Of a DNA stretch of 64,000 nucleotides, positions 24,378 through 36,879 are shown one piece after another. The notes beneath the pieces are model-generated. The model saw nothing but the letters and a program-made list of their open reading frames with translations, was not told where the DNA came from and did no database searches. Location: contig MU058337.1 of the NCBI GenBank assembly GCA_013265495.1, positions 1,232,777 to 1,296,776 of the forward strand, read 5' to 3'. Numbering within the stretch: position 1 is the stretch's first letter; every line of letters begins with the position of its first letter. Made by a program: the position numbers and the translations under genes. The DNA is from Vicugna vicugna. Lineage: Eukaryota.

Positions 24378-24833
24378 ACAGAGATAGTCACCGCCTCAAA
24401 CTGAGCCTAATTCCCTGACGTTGGACAGAGAACACATTTGAAAGCATGATGTGGCTTTGCCTGAGGTGGTGAAGCAGTTCAAATAGGAGGTGCAAGGACC
24501 CAAGAGAAAGAGCTTGCTTTCCCCTGCTGTCTCTCTGGCCACAGGGAACTTGGGGCTCTTTCTTATGAAACTACAATTTAAAAAAAAAAAAAAGGAATTC
24601 AGAGAGAAAATGATCTTCCCTTGGGTCCTAATTTTGGGACCTTCTTGTCCTTAAGGACGTCATTTCTAAATGATTTACTGGGCATTTATTTGGACAACTA
24701 CTGAGTATGCCCAATTTCATAAGAAAATAAAATGATCCCTGTAAAACTAGAAAGCAGGAGAAAACACTTTTACGATGTTCCTTGGATAGAAACTAACATC
24801 CTTCACTAAACCGTTTTGCTTTACTGTTTTCAG

Positions 24834-24889
24834 CTATTGCTATGGGCCTGGCATTTGTGACGGTGGCATCCATTCAGCGGCAATCAAAT
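24834..24889 (+). ncRNA. Candidate exon (56 nt, or start of a terminal exon)
   Basis: Branch-like AACTAAC 24791-24797; acceptor ttttgctttactgttttcag|; weaker donor AAT|GTGAGC. Confidence 0.25.
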
Positions 24890-25019
24890 GTGAGCCTCCG
24901 GGATACTGGGCAAGACTCAAAAACAGATCTGGCTCATGTCATGATAATGCTGCCCCGTGTCTCTTATATACTTGCTCTATGCTGTGCAGTAGCATTACTG
25001 AATTATTTGCTCTTCTTAC

Positions 25020-25240
25020 CAATAATAAAAAGTGTATTGCATGCTTATTATGTGCTAACCTCCTTAAATAGATCATCCATTGAATTCTCGTGCCAACCCT
25101 GCAAGGTAGGTGCTATTGTGAGATGCGTTTCATGCGGGGGGGGGGGGGGGAATTTAAGAGCTGAGTGGAAGAGTCAGGGTTTAAACACAAATTTATTTTT
25201 CCTCAAAGTGCATACTCTTAACCAGGTTTATGATATAACC
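25020..25240 (-). mobile_element. MIR fragment containing a G15 run (25136-25150)
   Basis: gtattgcatgcttattatgtgcta...ccaaccctgcaaggtaggtgctatt...gagtggaagagtcagggtttaaac...catactcttaacca. Confidence 0.6.
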
Positions 25241-28200
25241 TAGGTGCTCCCAAAGAATGTTGCAGTGTTTAAGGAGACAATAAAAGTTGGAGGGCGGGGA
25301 ATACATCCCAACAACTATTAAGCTATAGTCTGATTCTTTCTATAGTAGTGAAAAAGGAAAAACAGAACTTAAAAAGCTCAGTGTTCTCCATGGTTTCTTA
25401 TCACAAACTCCCTTTTCTCCTGCATTCACTTCTGCTTTGCTATAAAGTGTATTATAACAAAGTGCTTTTGACCAGTTTTTCCTCCCAGGGGCCCCAGATA
25501 CTACACATTTATTAGTGGAAAAAATATCTTAATCTGGACATTTAAAATATGGGTAAAAATTATACTACATTTAAAAAATGGAATGAATCTTATACGGAAA
25601 TTTTTAAAGAAACAAAACCAGTTTTTTAAGTTTAAAATGGATTTGTTTTTAATGGAAGTAACACCTACAATGGCTTTAATAATAAAAAAACAAACAAAAA
25701 GCAGGTACTTTGGGGCTTACAAATTAAAGTGCCAGTTCCCGATCCGTCCTGCCTCCAGAAATCCTGCTCCCAAGGGCCAGCTACTTTTTTTTCCACTAGG
25801 GCCAGCCACTTTTATACAACTTATGTCTTTAATTTTTCTGCTGATTATCTTCCTATTACTAAATAATATGACCCCATTCTGCCTTGAGTCATCAGTTTTA
25901 AGCACTATCAGCTGACTTCCACCTGGTGCGGGAGGGCTACCACAGCCAGATTTAAGCCAAGCCCAGCCCTGCAGACCCAGCTCAATAACTGCAAACCAGT
26001 TGAAAATAAAAGCCAGTTTTGAACCCAAAGGGAAGGACATGTCTTCGGTAGCCAACTGTTATTTGTGTTGTCTTAAAAAAAAACTAAGAATGTGACCTTT
26101 GGCCTCTTGCAATAATGGAGTCCCTCTCGCAGTCCTTCAGGGACTTGGAGGCACAGACAACCAAAGGATCCTCGTTGAAATCCTTTTTCTTTTTACTTTG
26201 TTTTCACTCGTACCCTTTTGCTTGGCTGACTGACTAATCCCGGACTCTTTAAATTCCAGGGTGCTGTGTGTGCTGGCTAAGAAACCCAACACCAGCGCAA
26301 AGGCTCCAGGAAGTCGTCTTAAGGAATAAGTATGTTTTGTAAACAGACAACCAGCCTTGGATGAAATACACGTACTCATAAGCTACCCCTTGTTTGTGCT
26401 CGCTAATGGTCTTCAGGATTGGAGCCAAGGTTTTAGCTTAAACTTCAGTGTAGCCAACCTTAGGACAGGCTAGCAACAACCTCGGTTCTCACATCGCATT
26501 CTTTTCTCCATTTACAAAGTCGTAAACTTCTTAAAATAAAAGGCACAGCCTTTTTTCCTACGGGAACCTACTAGAGACTAATCCTAGCTATCTTTAATAA
26601 GAGAGGAAATAAAAAGAGCTCGGTTTTGGAAATGCAAATAGACAAAGAGATGTGTGGATGGATGAGAACGAAAATATCTGCGCTTGCTGAGTAGTTCCCA
26701 GTGTTTATTCTTGGAAACCTTGGGATTATTTATAGGATCTTAAAATATTCTCAACAATCTCGAGATATGGCAGAGCCTAAATAGTTTTGATTTGAAAACT
26801 AACATAATTAGAGTCTTCTTCCTGGCATATTTTGCCATACAGTTTATATGGGAATAACAACGGTGAATGTATGAAATGACCAATCCGCACACATTCAGCA
26901 GACGTGGACTCAGGGCCCTGGTTCTCATGAGATGTATGTATCATGTATATATGCTAACGACCCCCTAAATTGTTTTATGACAATGAACCTTTGGGTCTCT
27001 TTCCACGAACATTGTGTTTCATATTACGAGAACCTGGATCTCCTGGCATTTCAGATAAGTCAGGGCATGAGAGTCTTGAAGGAGACCTGGCTTCTGGTCT
27101 TCATTTCCCCGACCCCGTCTGCAACAAAATCTACATTGTCTATTCCAAATGCTATGCAAAAATGTCTTCATCACAGAATCAGGAAAATCAGGCTTTTAAA
27201 AAAATTTCCTGAGTGCTGATTCATTTCTGCGTTTTCCCACTCAAGAAGAGACATTGACAAGCATCACTCTGTCCAAAGTTGTAACAGCATGCGCACAAAT
27301 CCGTGATAGACTAGCCCACGTGACAGACTAGCCTAGAGACAAGAACCCGTGGAGAAAGGAATTAAAAAACAAGAAAGACAAGAGATCACAGTTCAGGCGA
27401 CAACAGCGTTGTTAAGCAGAAATAGAATAATTTTCAATTAATTAATTGAATCTTGAAGACAGTCTGTTTTTCTCAGTCAGAACAAAGTCATCAACCGTAA
27501 CTTGGACATTATCACCAGATACGTTCAAATTTTTTCCTTCCATGATTATCAGCACATGTCAGAGTGTGGAGGAAATGGTATAGTCATCATCAAAATGAGC
27601 CATGAGTTGATTTCTACACACCTGACAATGAATTCGTTGTTAGAAAGATTTCTCTGCATATTATCTGTAGAGCAACTCTCACTGGTGCCATCCCATGATA
27701 CCAATTCTAAACTCAAACTGAGCTTGGGGTAAGGCTGAGTTTGCTTAGCTGAAATACATATTTTTTTTAAATACTCTTTCAGTGGGAGGAGTAAAAGGAA
27801 AATCAACGGGAAGTACCAACCCAGATTTTACCCTTGTGGACAGCTGTTGTAGACGATAGCCAAACAGACTTCAAGGACTGGGTCCTCCCGGGATAAGGGT
27901 TTATACACCAAGGAGCTTGTGAGAAGTCCTGAAGGCTGGTCCTCACTCTGCCACAGAAGTGGTGCATCGCCTGAGGTGTGTGATCATCCTAGGAATCTCT
28001 GTTTTCTAAATAGCAGTAGCCTACTTCAGAAAAGGATTCGTGAGTTCTCTGGTATAAATAATAGACCAAAAAAAAAAAAAGGTTTTCCTCTTCTGTTAAA
28101 GACTTCCCACCACAGCCTGAGACGGAGCAGCTCCTTATCAGTCAGGGTGGTGCTTGTTTTCTGAAGCATTGCGTGCTCCCTGGGTGTGAACACACAACAC

Positions 28201-28384
28201 TTATCTTTGTAGTTAACAAATGCCATCAGTTAACAAATTTCCCCCTTGTGCTACTAAATCACCAACTATGAAAAGTAGAAAACATATTATCAGATGTGAG
28301 CTATGATTTAGAAAGTGTTTACCTAGAAGCATCTGATACAGAAAAGAAAGTTGGATTTCTTATGGAAGACTTAGCTTAAAATCT

Positions 28385-28560
28385 TGTCTGTGCCCTAAGT
28401 GATGCATGACCTCAAGAAAGTCACTTCAACACCCAGGGTTCTGGTATCTCTTCTTCATAGTGAGAGTAACATCTATCCCACCCAGTGGCTATAAACACTG
28501 TATGAGTTTTAAACAAATAAATGAAAGGCTTAGGAGGACTGTTTTAAAATATCATGGAAA
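28385..28560 (+). mobile_element. MIR fragment
   Basis: gcatgacctcaagaaagtcacttcaac...tgtatgagttttaaacaaataa. Confidence 0.45.
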
Positions 28561-29622
28561 CCCTACATCAAAATTGGAGATTATCACTTTCATTTAGACT
28601 GTTTCTACACAGTAAAAACAATTTAAATGATTCCACAAGACAAAGAAAACAGAATGGGATTCAGCTGATTTACCAGATTCAATTTCCCACAAATGAAACA
28701 ACTTTTTCACTAGATGCACAACAGCCCAACTAATTATTCTGGCATTGTTTACACCCAATCGCAGAAGACCAAAAGCATAGCAAATGTTTACCTTTAAACA
28801 TCAGAAACATCCTCTAACAGTATTTGTGTTATTTTCAACATATTCTTGAATGCTCCCTTCTGAGAAAAAGACTGACTTCTGGAAAGAATTTGCATGGATT
28901 CCATTTCCGCTGTAGCATGCACATTTCAGCAGGCGGTTCAGTCCTGGTCCTAACAGCCATATTCCTGATAAGGCACAGCCACACGGACTGGAGAACTGAG
29001 ACAGTCTGACAGATGATTCCATGTGGAAAGTGACTGCTCCTCCCTTCACTCTTGCACTGTCTCAAATAATATTCTTTCTCTTAATTATGTAATTAATAGC
29101 CTCAGTTTTTCATTTCACTCTGAAACACTGTGAAATGCCACAGCCTCATAAAGTAAAACAAGGTGATTTCTCCATCCACCAGAACATAAAATCGGCAACA
29201 CAATAAATGCATTGCCAACACTGCCAATTATAAGCCGGTTTTGCACGTAAACAGTCATGTGTATGAGATGAATACATCAGTGGTGACAGTGGCAACTCTG
29301 CCGCGAAGTGCAGGGGTTGGCAGGGCTCTGCACTGTGGAACAGGTATTTAAGTAGTGCTCCACCAGCCAGCGAGGATTTGAGGAGCCCATCATCTCAGAT
29401 GTGATCATCCCATCAGTACAATATGTGCAGCTCCCGGTGGTCTGTGGGTGGTCTCACACGCTTCCAAGATTTTGAATTTCATCTACAAGGCAAGGACCCC
29501 CAAACCTATGTCACCAGACCAGATCACTATTCTGAGTTCCAACCAATAAACTTAACTCTCTAAAGGACCTTGCTCTTTGGATATGGGCGGTTACCTTGTA
29601 CCACATCTGCAAAGTTCCAGCA

Positions 29623-29936
29623 CAGTAAGTAGTCCATTGGTATCAGTGGAGGGACTGGTTCCAGGAGCCCCCTCCACAGATACCAACATTTGTAGATGCT
29701 CAGGTTCTTTGTATAAAATGGTGTGGTATTTGCATGTAACTGACCAGCTACTTTAAGTCATCTTCAGACTACTTGTAATACCTCATACAGTACAAATGCT
29801 ATGTCAACAGTTGCTGAAGCATGGCAAATTCAAGGTTGGCTTTTTAGAAACTCCTGGGATTTTTTAAAAAATGTATTTTTGATCTATGGTGGTTGAATTC
29901 GTGGATGTGAAACCCACAGATACCAAGGGCCGGCTG
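29623..29936. mobile_element. MER2/MER2B-like Tigger derivative
   Basis: gtccattggtatcagtggagggactggttccaggagcccc...gataccaacatttgtagatgctcaggttctttgtataaaatgg ... ggttgaattcgtggatgtgaaacccacagataccaagggccggctg. Confidence 0.85.
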
Positions 29937-29944
29937 GATAATAA

Positions 29945-30180
29945 AGTCTTTAAAAGCATGGACTCCAGAGCCAGACTGCCTGGGTTCCAATCCTGACTCT
30001 TCTACTGTACAAGCTGTGTGACCTTGGTTAAAGTACCTATCCTCTCTGGGCCTTAGTTTCTCCATCTATAAAATAGGGGCAGTAATAGCAAATCATTAGA
30101 AAGTTATTTAAAAATTAAGTCAATTTCTGAAAATGACCTGGAACCCTGCTGACACATAGTAAGTCCTCAACAGCTGTCAT
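29945..30180 (+). mobile_element. MIR SINE, near full length
   Basis: agcatggactccagagccagactgcctgggttccaatcctgactc...gctgtgtgaccttggttaaagt...agtttctccatctataaaatagggg...acacatagtaagtcctcaa. Confidence 0.9.
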
Positions 30181-30249
30181 GTTCTCTTGTTGTGACTCTC
30201 CTTCTTCTCTGTTTCAGTGAATGGCACTGGGATTCACCCAGGGATTAAG

Positions 30250-30460
30250 CATTAACCTGGATTCAACTCTTGGACCAACTACGTACAAACTCTGTGACCT
30301 CGGGCAAGTGACATAACCTCTTTGAAAGCCTCAATTTCCTCATTTGGGAAAGGGGCACCATAGAGATTTCTAATACGGATGTAGCGAAAACCCATGTCGA
30401 AGCTTTGGGCAGGGCCCGCCATGGAGCCAGCACTCAGTCAAGACGAGCAACTGCCATTAT
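30250..30460 (+). mobile_element. MIR SINE
   Basis: ctgtgacctcgggcaagtgacataacctctttgaaagcctcaatttcctcattt. Confidence 0.75.
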
Positions 30461-31149
30461 TACCGTGGACTCTTCCTTCCCTTTCACCCCAACTTCTAAC
30501 TACTTTACCAAGCGTTGTCACTTTTAACCCTCACAGAACTCTGAATACCCCACCCCTTACGCTCTGTCTCACCTCCCGTCAATTTCCACTTCCTGACTGC
30601 TCCTCTCCCCCCAGCTCTGGCCCTCAGAGCCGGCTTCATCTCTCCAGGGATTCAGGCAGAAGCAGGTCACACCCCTGCCTGGGCCTCCCGCCCCTCACTC
30701 ACACTGTTAGCGCAGCTCAGGAGGGACTCCACGCCCAGCTCTGGCCCATCCTTACCGGTCCCTTGGGGGGCCCAGCTCGGCCCCAGCCCTCCCAAACAAC
30801 CACAGCTCCCGGTGGGGGGTCGGTCGTGTGCCTCCCCCAGGACTGCAGTGACACAGGGTAACAGCAGGGGAAGACACAAAAAGCAAATCATGCAGCACAG
30901 GCTTCTCAGATGTCCTCACTCTGGGAAATGAGCACTATTTAAAAGTTTTTGACCTACAGAAGTAGCAGCTTTGTTTGCTGCGATCTAATATGATCGAAGA
31001 GAATACACACTTCCCGTTAATTTCATAGGTTGAGCTACGAGAATTCACAGGTCCTTTTAAACCTGCAAGTGTTCCCGTGGGCGGAGACTGGGGAGCTTTG
31101 GGCGGCATCCCGCCTCGCTGTCACCGAGGCTACTGCAGGCAGACAAGCC

Positions 31150-31435
31150 ATTCTCCCCAGCGTTTCACATCCTCTTCTCTGAGCAGCTTGACAGACGGAC
31201 AGACCAAGCCCGTGCCCTCCCCGGGAACCAGCGGACCGAGTGACTCCCCGTGGGCATGCATAGCACTCGCTCTGTGTCCCTTCCCTGCATTTCTGCAACG
31301 GTGTCTCCCTGGCCACCCCACTGACCTGTCTCTCCTCTGTAGTCTCGCAGGGCAGTGGCTGTGTCCCATTCGTTTTTGTGTTGTCACAGCCCAGCGCTGT
31401 TCCCGACACCCGGCAAAATACGAAATTGACATTAC
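31150..31435 (+). mobile_element. L2 3' end, GC-shifted
   Basis: ctgtagtctcgcagggcagtggctgtgtcccattcgtttttgtgttgtcacagcccagcgctgttcccgacac resembles the L2 terminus (ctgtaagctccttgagggcagggactgtgtc...cctagcacagtgcctggcaca). Confidence 0.45.
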
Positions 31436-33094
31436 ACAAAGGTGATGCACCTGAAAAATGAACCAAAAACTATCTGGAAATCTGCCTAAGTTTTTCCTCA
31501 AATCTATTTCAGAGTCTATACGATCCACCTTGATCTGGAACAGAGACTACAAGATCTGGTCATACGTGCTGCATGTGCTGTAAGTCTGTGTGCCCTAACG
31601 TCACTTGGTGACACGTTGGTTGAAGGCTAAGAAACACAACTGAAAATATTTGAAGTAAAAGTTTTAAACAGTTGTGAGTAAATAACTCACTCTTCCAAGA
31701 TTTAAGGACCTCAGGGCATAGCAGTCCCTTTGAAAATATTTTGAGTTATCTTCAAATTATTTATTTCCCAAAAGATGAAAGTCACTCCTTCCATTTATAC
31801 TCCTGAGACTTACTGCAGTCTTTGGTACCCGGAACTGCATCCTTTGAAGGCAGCATGCCAAAAAAATCTTTTTTTACTTGTTTTTGTGGTTTTGTTTTGG
31901 AGAAGTTTGAGGGCATTTTTTTTTAGGTGGTGTTTTCTTTTTTTTTTTACCCTTTGTCAACATCTGAGTTATAAAAGCTGCAACAGTGGCCAAGCTGATA
32001 AGAAGGGAAAACTGTGTAAAAGTACCAACCTTGAGCAAGAAAGGAAATTACCAAATAGAGACTTTTCATTCTCCTAAAATTAAGCACAGCCTGAAGTTAA
32101 AGCAGCACGACTGAAGCCTCCTCTGTCTGTTTCTAGCTGGCTTTTAAAGACAGTAAAGAGATGATCCTGTAAACAGAGCAGAGCAATCACCCGTCCTCCC
32201 CCATTCCTCCATCGAAGGAGCACGTTGGTCCTGAGAATGCCGTAGACCAGAAGTAGGCTCAAGGACTGTTCTCGCAGGTGCACGTGCTCCTTCCACAGTT
32301 CTCTGGTCATTTAAGAGATTAGCCTGCAAAGTCAGGCTTAAAATTGCAGTACTTGAAAAAAAGTTCAGACTAACGTTTGATAAGGAATTTTGGCATCTCT
32401 TGAATGGAAGGTCTACAGACTGACTTGTTCTTATCTGGAGTTGGTGGGGTGAGGGCAGGGGCCACAGAGGGAGGTGGAGGCGAGGGCCGGACGGATGTGG
32501 AAACTTGAATCAATTAGCTGTGTCTTTCTGGGACTCACACTTTGAGAGTTGAGGAGAAAAAGATTCCAGAGGCATCAGTCCAAGGTCACTTTCCTTTGGA
32601 TGAGGAGCGTAGTAGTATCCGGCTGGCCTGTCAGGGTTCCCTTAACTTCAAGACTCTTGCCTTTGCTCCTTTTGACCTTCCATTCCCTTCTTAGATCAGT
32701 TATTTGACAATAAAATCAAAATGCAAGGAAATTAAGACTATTTCTGCAAAGATCAATTGACCTGAGGAATTCAGAGGATGTACATATCAGATTTCACCTT
32801 CTCATCTCCACTCCCTCACTTCCTTCAAACCCAGAGGATGTTGAAGTCATTGCCAAAGACATCAGCTGAGCTGTGATGGCGATATAGTCTCATTGCTCCT
32901 CAAACTGTCTCAACTTTTCATAAAAAGATGCATGGTTGATTTTCAGTAACCGTAGTTGTGTGATGCTTATTCAGTGCAGGAATAAACTATATCACAACAG
33001 AAGAAGGGACTAGAGGGCAGATCCCATCTCAGCATCATCACTAGGGGCTAGTTTAGTAACCAGCTCTGGATTTCTGAAGTCTCTTCTCAAGACT

Positions 33095-34034
33095 TGTCTT
33101 AGTCAGCTTACACTGCTGTAACAAAATAACATGGTCTTGGGGGCTTAAAACCACAGACACCAATTTCTCACAGTTCTGGAGGCTGGACGTCCAAGATCAA
33201 GGTGCTGGCAGATGTGGTCCTTGGTGAGGAAACCACCACTGCCTGGTTTGTAGATGGCGGTCCTCTCTCTGTGTGCCCACGTGGTGAAAAGAGAGAGCTC
33301 TGTTGAAAAGGTGCTCTCTTTCAACAGATGACTGGATAAAGAAGATGTGGTAGATATATACAATAGAATATTACTCAGCCATAAAAGAGAATGAAATAAT
33401 GCCATTTGCAGCAACAGGAATGAACCTGGAGATGATCAGACTAAGTGAAGTAAGTCAGACAGAGAAAGACAAATATCAGATAGCACTTAAAAGTGGAGTC
33501 CAAATATATATACATACATAGAAATCTTACTTACAAACCAAAAACAGACTCACAAACATAGAAAACAAACGATGGTTACCAAAAGGGAAAGGGTAGGGAG
33601 GGATAAATTAGGGGCTGGGGATTAACAGGAACACATTACTATATATAAAGTAGATAAACAATAAGGACCTACTGTATAGCACAGAGAACTATATTCGGTT
33701 TCTTGTAATAACATGTAATGGACAAAAATCTGAAAAGAAAATGTCCATATATATATGTATACGTATGTATAACTGAATCACTTTGCTGTACACCTGCAAC
33801 TAACACTGGAAATCAACTACACTTCAACAAAAATTTTCAAAAAACCAGGAAGAGAGAGAGAGAGGGAGAGAGCTCTGGTGTCTCTTTCTCTTCTTACAAG
33901 GACACTAATCTCATCATTGAGGCTTCATCATCAAGACATCATCTAAACCAGTTACTTCCCCAAATCCCCACCTCCAAATGCCATTGCACTGATTCAGCAT
34001 ATGAACTTTGAGGAGACACGTTCAGTCCATAACC
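33095..34034 (-). mobile_element. MLT1A-like MaLR LTR interrupted by an L1
   Basis: Left part: tgtcttagtcagc...gctgtaacaaaataaca...tctcacagttctggaggctggacgtccaagatcaaggtgctggcag. Right part: ctctggtgtctctttctcttcttacaaggacactaatc...cccacctccaaatgcca...ttcagtccataac. Confidence 0.85.
33321..33845 (+). mobile_element. 5'-truncated artiodactyl-type L1 with 13-bp target-site duplication
   Basis: tcaacagatgactggataaagaagatgtgg...gccatttgcagcaac...actgaatcactttgctgtacacctg...caactacacttcaa; TSD agagagagctctg at 33290-33302 and 33865-33877. Confidence 0.9.
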
Positions 34035-36339
34035 AAAATCATAATCGATTTACTGACCTCTCTTTTAAAGTAGCTATTAGTAAAAATATGGTTAAGCTGA
34101 TCCTTGTCCGCCAGGACAAGAATTCAAGAGGGCTATTTTAGTAAATGAGCCTCCCAACTCCGTTTCCTGCCAAACCCTAAAGACAATGTGTTTAGAGCTT
34201 GTGGTCCGTTCAATGGGAGTTTGTTGGATTTTTTTCCCCTAGGAGAGTTCTTTAAAAGTAGACTTAATTACGTCTTTGCAGATCATTCCCCCACACAAGA
34301 GACAGGATTGTCTAGAAGCTAGAACTCCTTACGTTCCACCTCATTTGTAATCACAAACTACAGCCTTGCAAGAGGAAAACAGTTATATCTTGTCAGGCAA
34401 ATAAACTGGCCAGGAATATGCCTCCAGTGAATAGGCTGCACTCTCTCAATCGTGGCGATAAAGGAAAGCATTATCTTCAATGCTTTCTTATGTAGAACAT
34501 TGTTTGTAATACTTTTATGTACTAAAACTGAAAGTTTGCCAGAAAAATAGTCCAAATGTTATAGCCTTTTCCTTTCTGATGGCCATTCTCTAACGCTATT
34601 TGGCAAAAGTCTAACTCCTCAACTACCTGCAGAAAACTTGCAGGGTGGAATCTTAGCAGAGCAACGATTTAAAATCTTGCTGATTAGGGGGAAAGTCCTC
34701 TTTGGAGGATGAGGGTGTGCTGTGGCTCCGTGCTGTCCCCCACTGTGTTACTGAGTGACAGATAAGACGGGACAGGAAGCAAGAGCTTTTAGAAGGATTT
34801 TGCCGGGCCCTCGGAGGGGCTTAAGGCCCCTAAAACTAGCAAGACTCTGTTAAGTTCTATTTGGGGTAATGGGGTAAACATCCAATTAAAGGATTTCTGG
34901 CCAGAAGTAAGGGAGTTAACTCATTTCAGAGCATGTTTCCTAGTTCCAATGTACAACCAACACATTTCCAATACCAAGAAGGTGGTCCCAGGAGAAGGCG
35001 GACTGCGTGCTTGTGAAAGCTAAACAAACACCAGCCCCAAAGCCCTGACCATAAAGGTTGAATTTAGAGCAGGAAGATCTTTTCATCTTTTGAGGTATTT
35101 TTTTGTTTTAAACATTTACCTTTATACAGTACAAAAAAAAAAAAAATCACCGTGTCAAGAAATTGATTCTGCCCAAATAGTACTAATTAGTAAAGATTTT
35201 AAAATGGTTTTAAACATTATAAATGAAAATGTAATATTAGATGAATCAGCTATTAAGTGCTGTAAACTCTCCATGATGGGTGAGTTAGCTTAACCGAAAG
35301 TAGGGGTTATTTTAATAGATACAACTAATGTGGCAGGTATTGAAATTACCAGCATAGTGCCCAGAGTAAATAAATAAATACACAAACACCTTCTAGAGGA
35401 CATGCCTTGCAAATAAAATCTTATTATGTTAAACGTCAAAATCACAAGTAATAAATAGAGCAAAATAAAATAAATGTTGAATAGTTACATTCGTATAAGA
35501 ACTTAAGGCCCTCACAATCCAGTATTTATGCAAGAGAACGTGATAATAAAGAAAGTATGTTTCTGTAATTAAATTGTTATCTTTTGAACATGTTATTTAG
35601 AAGATTTAAGCATAAAGTTGTATTTTAAATATACTTTTTAAGTGAGCTATAATTACACGGGAGAACAAAGCATTGCAGCCAACTACCATCCTGTCCTAGA
35701 AACAAAATGTCTGCCACGTCCCTGCTTAGGACATGGAGTAATTAATACCTATGACCTCAATTTTGCGAAGTATTATTATTTCTATTTTGCCAATAGGGGA
35801 GTGTTTTGTGAAAACTCGTTTATAACACTGCAAGTAGCTATGTATTACTGAAACTAAGAAAGAAGTAGCTTGCCTAAGGCCACTCATAATAACAGTTCCA
35901 GAAAGAAAAATCCAGGAGTGCTAGGCTATTAATTTTCTATGTTTTTCTGGATAATATTTATAATACATTTTATATATTATTTTGTGGTATACTTAAAATT
36001 GTCTATAGTCAAACCTTTGCAGTTGAATTTGAACTAGTCTCCAACCACAGAAATATGGAAAACGGGTTGATTGGGAAACAAAATCTCACGAGTCAAAAAA
36101 AAAATTATGATACCTGCCATGTTCTTCAAAATCTATAACTTTACATGCCATCCTGGTGGGGAAGATACCAACCAGATCGTGAATGGTCTTGAAGTAGAGC
36201 TATATGAGTCTTGACATTGATTAAGAGCAAGATAACTTTAAATTTATGGAAGACACTTATAATCATGCTTTACAAATTTAAATGGATAAAAATTGACTAT
36301 ACTCATCACTCACTTCCTTCTAAGTGTGCATTCTGTATC

Positions 36340-36875
36340 TGAGTTTTGCAACTATCTACTCATATTCTCAAGCAATAAACTTAGACCCATCCTTGACTTC
36401 ACCTCAGTCTTCGTATCTCACCTCCAAAATATTTGTCCAACTCATCCTCTCCTTTACACTGCCATCCACATTATTCTTGTTCAGGCTCTCATCCTGTTAA
36501 TCATTAGCCCCTTCACCTCCGACTTTGCCCTCCTTAATTCCATCTTCCTCAAAACCATAGTCCATTAAGTCAGACTGAGGGGAGCTAGTCGTGGGGTCAC
36601 AAAGTTGGGCAGTTGCCAGAGGTGGGGGCTGGAAGGTGGGGAGAAATGGCTGAACCACTTTTGGTTTTTGTCATTTTAGTTTAAATAAAGGAAGGGGAGA
36701 AGAACAGTAGCCAATGACCATCCTGTCCTAGAGACAACGTGTATACACATCAGGGATTCGGTGCTGATGAGCAATCTCCCGAAAACTTTAAATGTCTTCC
36801 AGTCACCTGGAGGGTAAGCTCCCAGCTCCTTGACATCATGTGGGAACCCTTCCCTGACCTGCCCTGCATATCTCG
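36340..36875 (+). mobile_element. L2 fragment interrupted by a ~175-bp composite insertion (~36589-36763)
   Basis: catccttgacttc...cacctccaaaatatttgtccaactcatcctctcctt...caggctctcatc; resumes with aaaactttaaatgtcttccagtcacctggagggtaagctcccagctccttgaca. Confidence 0.6.
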
Positions 36876-36879
36876 TCCT

